From assembly GCF_020885515.1 (NCBI RefSeq), contig NZ_AP024987.1:1459612-1491611 (forward strand): a stretch of DNA of 32,000 nt, given 5' to 3'. Each line of letters begins with the position of its first letter. Position 1 is the stretch's first letter. This document shows, piece by piece, positions 29,721 through 32,000 of the stretch. The DNA is from a cyanobacterium endosymbiont of Braarudosphaera bigelowii. Lineage in GTDB: Bacteria > Cyanobacteriota > Cyanobacteriia > Cyanobacteriales > Microcystaceae. The position numbers were made by a program, and so were the translations under genes. The notes under the pieces were generated by a model. The model did no database searches. It was not told the DNA's origin and saw only the letters and a list, made by a program, of their open reading frames with translations.

Positions 29721-30167
29721 AATAACCTACTAATGAAATGGTCACCAAAACTTTTTTTATAGAGATTTAATACGCAATCTTAACAATAGATAGTTACTAT
29801 ATTTAACTTTTGGAGATATTATGTGCAACTATTTTTGATAGATGATTTGTGATTTATACTTATCTTCTGGCATCTTAAAATTAAACTTGATTAAACAAGC
29901 TAGTTGTCATTACTAATTACAACACTCTGTAGTTTTAAATATATACTTTAAATATTATTATTGTGTTTTCTAAATGTAGCTTTTCATTATTAACTTAGTA
30001 CTCTATTTATTTTAGGATATTTGTTTTTAAAATATTGATTTATATAAGTCAATATTTTAAAAAACAATAAGACTCTGTCAGGAAGCATCGTATAGTAAGA
30101 TGTTTATAAATTTAAAGAAAGTATCAATAATAATCTGAGCAAAAATGTTGCTAGTATATATTTATAT

Positions 30168-30479
30168 ATGTATTCTATTTTTTATAAAAGTAAGTATTTT
30201 AAAAGTATGTATCCTGAAGATGGTGAAACTTTGGCTATGTATGTAAAACGATGCCGTATTCTCTTGAAATTAACACAATCTGAAATGGCTAAAAAAGTAA
30301 ATATTAATACTCAAAGCTTAGGTAAAATAGAATCAGGAAAGACACAGAGTCTAAACTCTAAAACTAGAATTGGACTTGCCGAAGTTTTCAATGTTCCTGA
30401 AACTTGCATCGATGCTATTAAATTTTCTGAAAACATATATTTTCTTGCTTTAAGTGCGTCTTTTATCTTATTAGAATAA
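30168..30479 (+). CDS. Small XRE/Cro-type helix-turn-helix protein
   Basis: HTH_3-like core LKLTQSEMAKKVNINTQSLGKIESGKTQ. The true start may be an internal Met. The last 20 codons (IKFSENIYFLALSASFILLE) lie in the right inverted-repeat arm. Confidence 0.6.
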   Translation: MYSIFYKSKYFKSMYPEDGETLAMYVKRCRILLKLTQSEMAKKVNINTQSLGKIESGKTQSLNSKTRIGLAEVFNVPETCIDAIKFSENIYFLALSASFILLE

Positions 30480-30493
30480 AAAATTATGATATT
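30416..30493. repeat. Right arm of the perfect 78-bp inverted repeat
   Basis: See the left arm. This arm overlaps the 3' end and stop codon of the HTH ORF. Confidence 0.95.
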
Positions 30494-30503
30494 GAAATAT
30501 GAA

Positions 30504-30534
30504 TAAATATGAGAATTTTTTATCCTCATATTTA
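30504..30534. terminator. Hairpin between the convergent HTH gene and chlP
   Basis: taaatatgag (30504-30513) pairs with ctcatattta (30525-30534). The loop is 11 nt and T-rich. Confidence 0.5.
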
Positions 30535-30544
30535 CTCATATTTA

Positions 30545-31780
30545 TCAAGGAGCTAAAGCATGACCTCTTAGCAAACTGCCAATGGTTTTAGCAGTGAGTT
30601 TCATTTGCACTAAAGGATTCATTGGAACAACAGTTTTATATAAGTAACTATCAAAAGTCATTCGTTGAACATTTTTATCGGCACACATTTCTACAAATGC
30701 TTCACGGGATGCATCAGAACGATAAAAAATACGTTGTAAAATATCTAACACTAGATAAGTTGTACCATATTGTTTGTCCCAACGCTGTAAATAAAGTTTT
30801 AGATCATTCTCAGTAGGAATAGTCCTCCCTGAATTACTAGTTTCAATAATTGTTTCAGCACACATACGTGCTGACTTGGCAGCAAAATAAATTCCTTCTC
30901 CAGAAGATTTTGTAACAGTTCCTGCTGCATCACCAACCAAAGCAACACGATTAACGACGCGACGTGGTCGAGGATGCTCAGGAATTGGATGTGCTTCAAC
31001 TTTTATAACTTCGCCACCCTCTAGTCTAGAAAATGCACGACTACGAATACCTGCTTGAAGTTTTTTAATCATCGCTTGGTTATTCTTCATAGTTCCTGTT
31101 CCCACGGCTACATGGTCATACTTTGGAAATATCCAAGCATAAAAATCAGGGGAAACATCTTTTCCTACGTACATTTCTGCTAAGTCTTCATAACGATTCA
31201 TTTTATCTTTTGGCAGACGGATACGTTCTTGAAAGGCAATAGCGTAGTTATAATCTCCCGCATCAATAAATTTAGCAATACGAGAATTTGCTCCATCCGC
31301 TCCTATTACTAAATCAACTTGAAGAGTTTTCTTTTCTCCTAAGGCTTGACCATTTGAATGATCAGCATAATGAATAGTATAAGGATCTTTAGTGTTTTTA
31401 GGAGTATCTAATTGATACACTGTACCGTTAATTAAAGTAGTTCCTAATTTAACAGCTCTATCGCGCATAAAACCGTCAAGAATTTCTCTACGACACATCC
31501 CGATGTATTCGTCTTTATTATCTAAATTTAGATCAACTTCGATATTTGATGGAGATATCATTTTCATCTTTCGCACCTTTCTATCAATGATTTCAGGTGG
31601 AAGCTCAAATTCATCAACCATACATAGAGGAATAGCTCCTCCACAAGGCTTAACATAGTTTAGATTACGTTCAAACAAATAAGTTTCGATGCCAGCTTTT
31701 ACCAATGTCTCGGCAGCAGAAGATCCGGCTGGACCTGAACCAACGACAGCAACACGTAAAACCAAGATTATTCTCCTCAC
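30545..31780 (-). CDS. chlP: Geranylgeranyl diphosphate/bacteriochlorophyll reductase
   Basis: Near-colinear with cyanobacterial ChlP as I recall it: LRVAVVGSGPAGSSAAE...KPCGGAIPLCMVDEF...VALVGDAAGTVTKSSGEGIYFAAKSARMCAE...LLRGHALAP. This is the maximal ORF from a GTG. The TTG at 31765 is the more likely start (see finding). Confidence 0.9.
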   Translation of the reverse strand: MRRIILVLRVAVVGSGPAGSSAAETLVKAGIETYLFERNLNYVKPCGGAIPLCMVDEFELPPEIIDRKVRKMKMISPSNIEVDLNLDNKDEYIGMCRREILDGFMRDRAVKLGTTLINGTVYQLDTPKNTKDPYTIHYADHSNGQALGEKKTLQVDLVIGADGANSRIAKFIDAGDYNYAIAFQERIRLPKDKMNRYEDLAEMYVGKDVSPDFYAWIFPKYDHVAVGTGTMKNNQAMIKKLQAGIRSRAFSRLEGGEVIKVEAHPIPEHPRPRRVVNRVALVGDAAGTVTKSSGEGIYFAAKSARMCAETIIETSNSGRTIPTENDLKLYLQRWDKQYGTTYLVLDILQRIFYRSDASREAFVEMCADKNVQRMTFDSYLYKTVVPMNPLVQMKLTAKTIGSLLRGHALAP

Positions 31781-32000
31781 TCTGAAATAGGATTACGGGT
31801 TGAATCGTATCATAAAAAGAATAAGAATAGAGAATGGACAATAAACTTTACAGTGTTAACACATATTACTTTTGGTCAAGTGTATAGTTATTAGTCTTGT
31901 TTCACGATAGTCGAGCAAGCGTAGTGAAAGTTTTCTTAATAAAAGTTATCTTAATATAAGAAAAATTATTGCGCTGAATCATACCTAGTAAAAAAATAAT

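Noticed and set aside
29721-30479. Toxin-antitoxin reading of the XRE-type HTH gene (HigA-like antitoxin with a lost toxin)
   Set aside because: No partner ORF exists on either side. The 447-bp upstream leader is full of stops in all frames, and I could not see toxin-like remnants.
29643-30493. Classic MITE or IS element interpretation of the 78-bp inverted repeats
   Set aside because: There is no transposase remnant and no target-site duplication at the outer edges. The 78-bp arms are much longer than typical terminal inverted repeats. I kept it as an open alternative in the finding rather than calling a mobile element.
30311-30529. 72-aa minus-strand ORF across the right inverted-repeat arm
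   Set aside because: It overlaps the HTH gene antisense. Much of it is repeat-arm and terminator sequence, and the equivalent frame at the left arm has no start and ends quickly.
30622-30999. ORFs 30622-30816 (+) and 30799-30999 (-) within chlP
   Set aside because: Alternative or antisense frames inside a near-colinear ChlP ortholog.
31847-31862. HLR1-like (RpaB-box) sequence tttacagtgttaacac upstream of chlP
   Set aside because: The spacing and second half-site (ttaaca, 9-nt offset) do not fit the (G/T)TTACA(T/A)(T/A)-N2-repeat consensus. The match is too weak to call.
1-32000. Search for CRISPR arrays, rRNA, tmRNA/RNase P/SRP RNA, transposases, integrases, phage or defence genes
   Set aside because: I saw no regularly spaced direct repeats. 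The only GC-rich structured segments are tRNA-Cys and the ndhD hairpin. No ORF has recombinase, nuclease or defence-like motifs.

Overview
This is a visibly AT-rich stretch of a cyanobacterial chromosome, made up almost entirely of housekeeping genes. The cyanobacterial assignment rests on ndhD, a CRR6-like NDH assembly factor, an RpaB-type regulator, hemA, hemJ, chlP, a PetP-like protein, a Mo-nitrogenase C-terminal-domain protein and one HIP1 (GCGATCGC) palindrome.

Other genes:
- Envelope: an Lpt cluster (OstA-like, lptB, lptF/G) coupled to a GatD-like amidotransferase, a wzm/wzt/epimerase polysaccharide-export operon, an L,D-transpeptidase, plsC, and an orphan short RND pump.
- Information processing: radA, trmB, prfC and tRNA-Cys.
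- Other metabolism: folK and cysH.
- A secreted S8 peptidase.

Supported CDSs cover about 25.0 of 32 kb (~78%, summed from coordinates). Several spacers are 0.6-1.15 kb, and one holds multi-frame remnants of a dead gene. Low coding density, AT-richness and gene decay suggest a genome under reductive evolution, such as a symbiotic unicellular diazotroph. That is inference only.

I found no CRISPR array, transposase, integrase, phage genes or recognisable defence island, and no convincing novel multi-gene system.

The most unusual structure is a pair of perfect 78-bp inverted repeats (29643-29720 and 30416-30493). They bracket a 695-bp segment carrying a small XRE-type HTH gene between prfC and chlP.

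Secondary oddities:
- An AcrB-type pump that seems to lack both docking subdomains.
- An S8 peptidase with Glu at the catalytic Asp position.
- An ArsA/Get3-HSP20 protein with a broken Walker A motif.
- A homolog of the plant 'pathogen-related protein', preceded by a start/stop-overlapping 31-codon ORF.
- Unusually long perfect hairpins at gene 3' ends.
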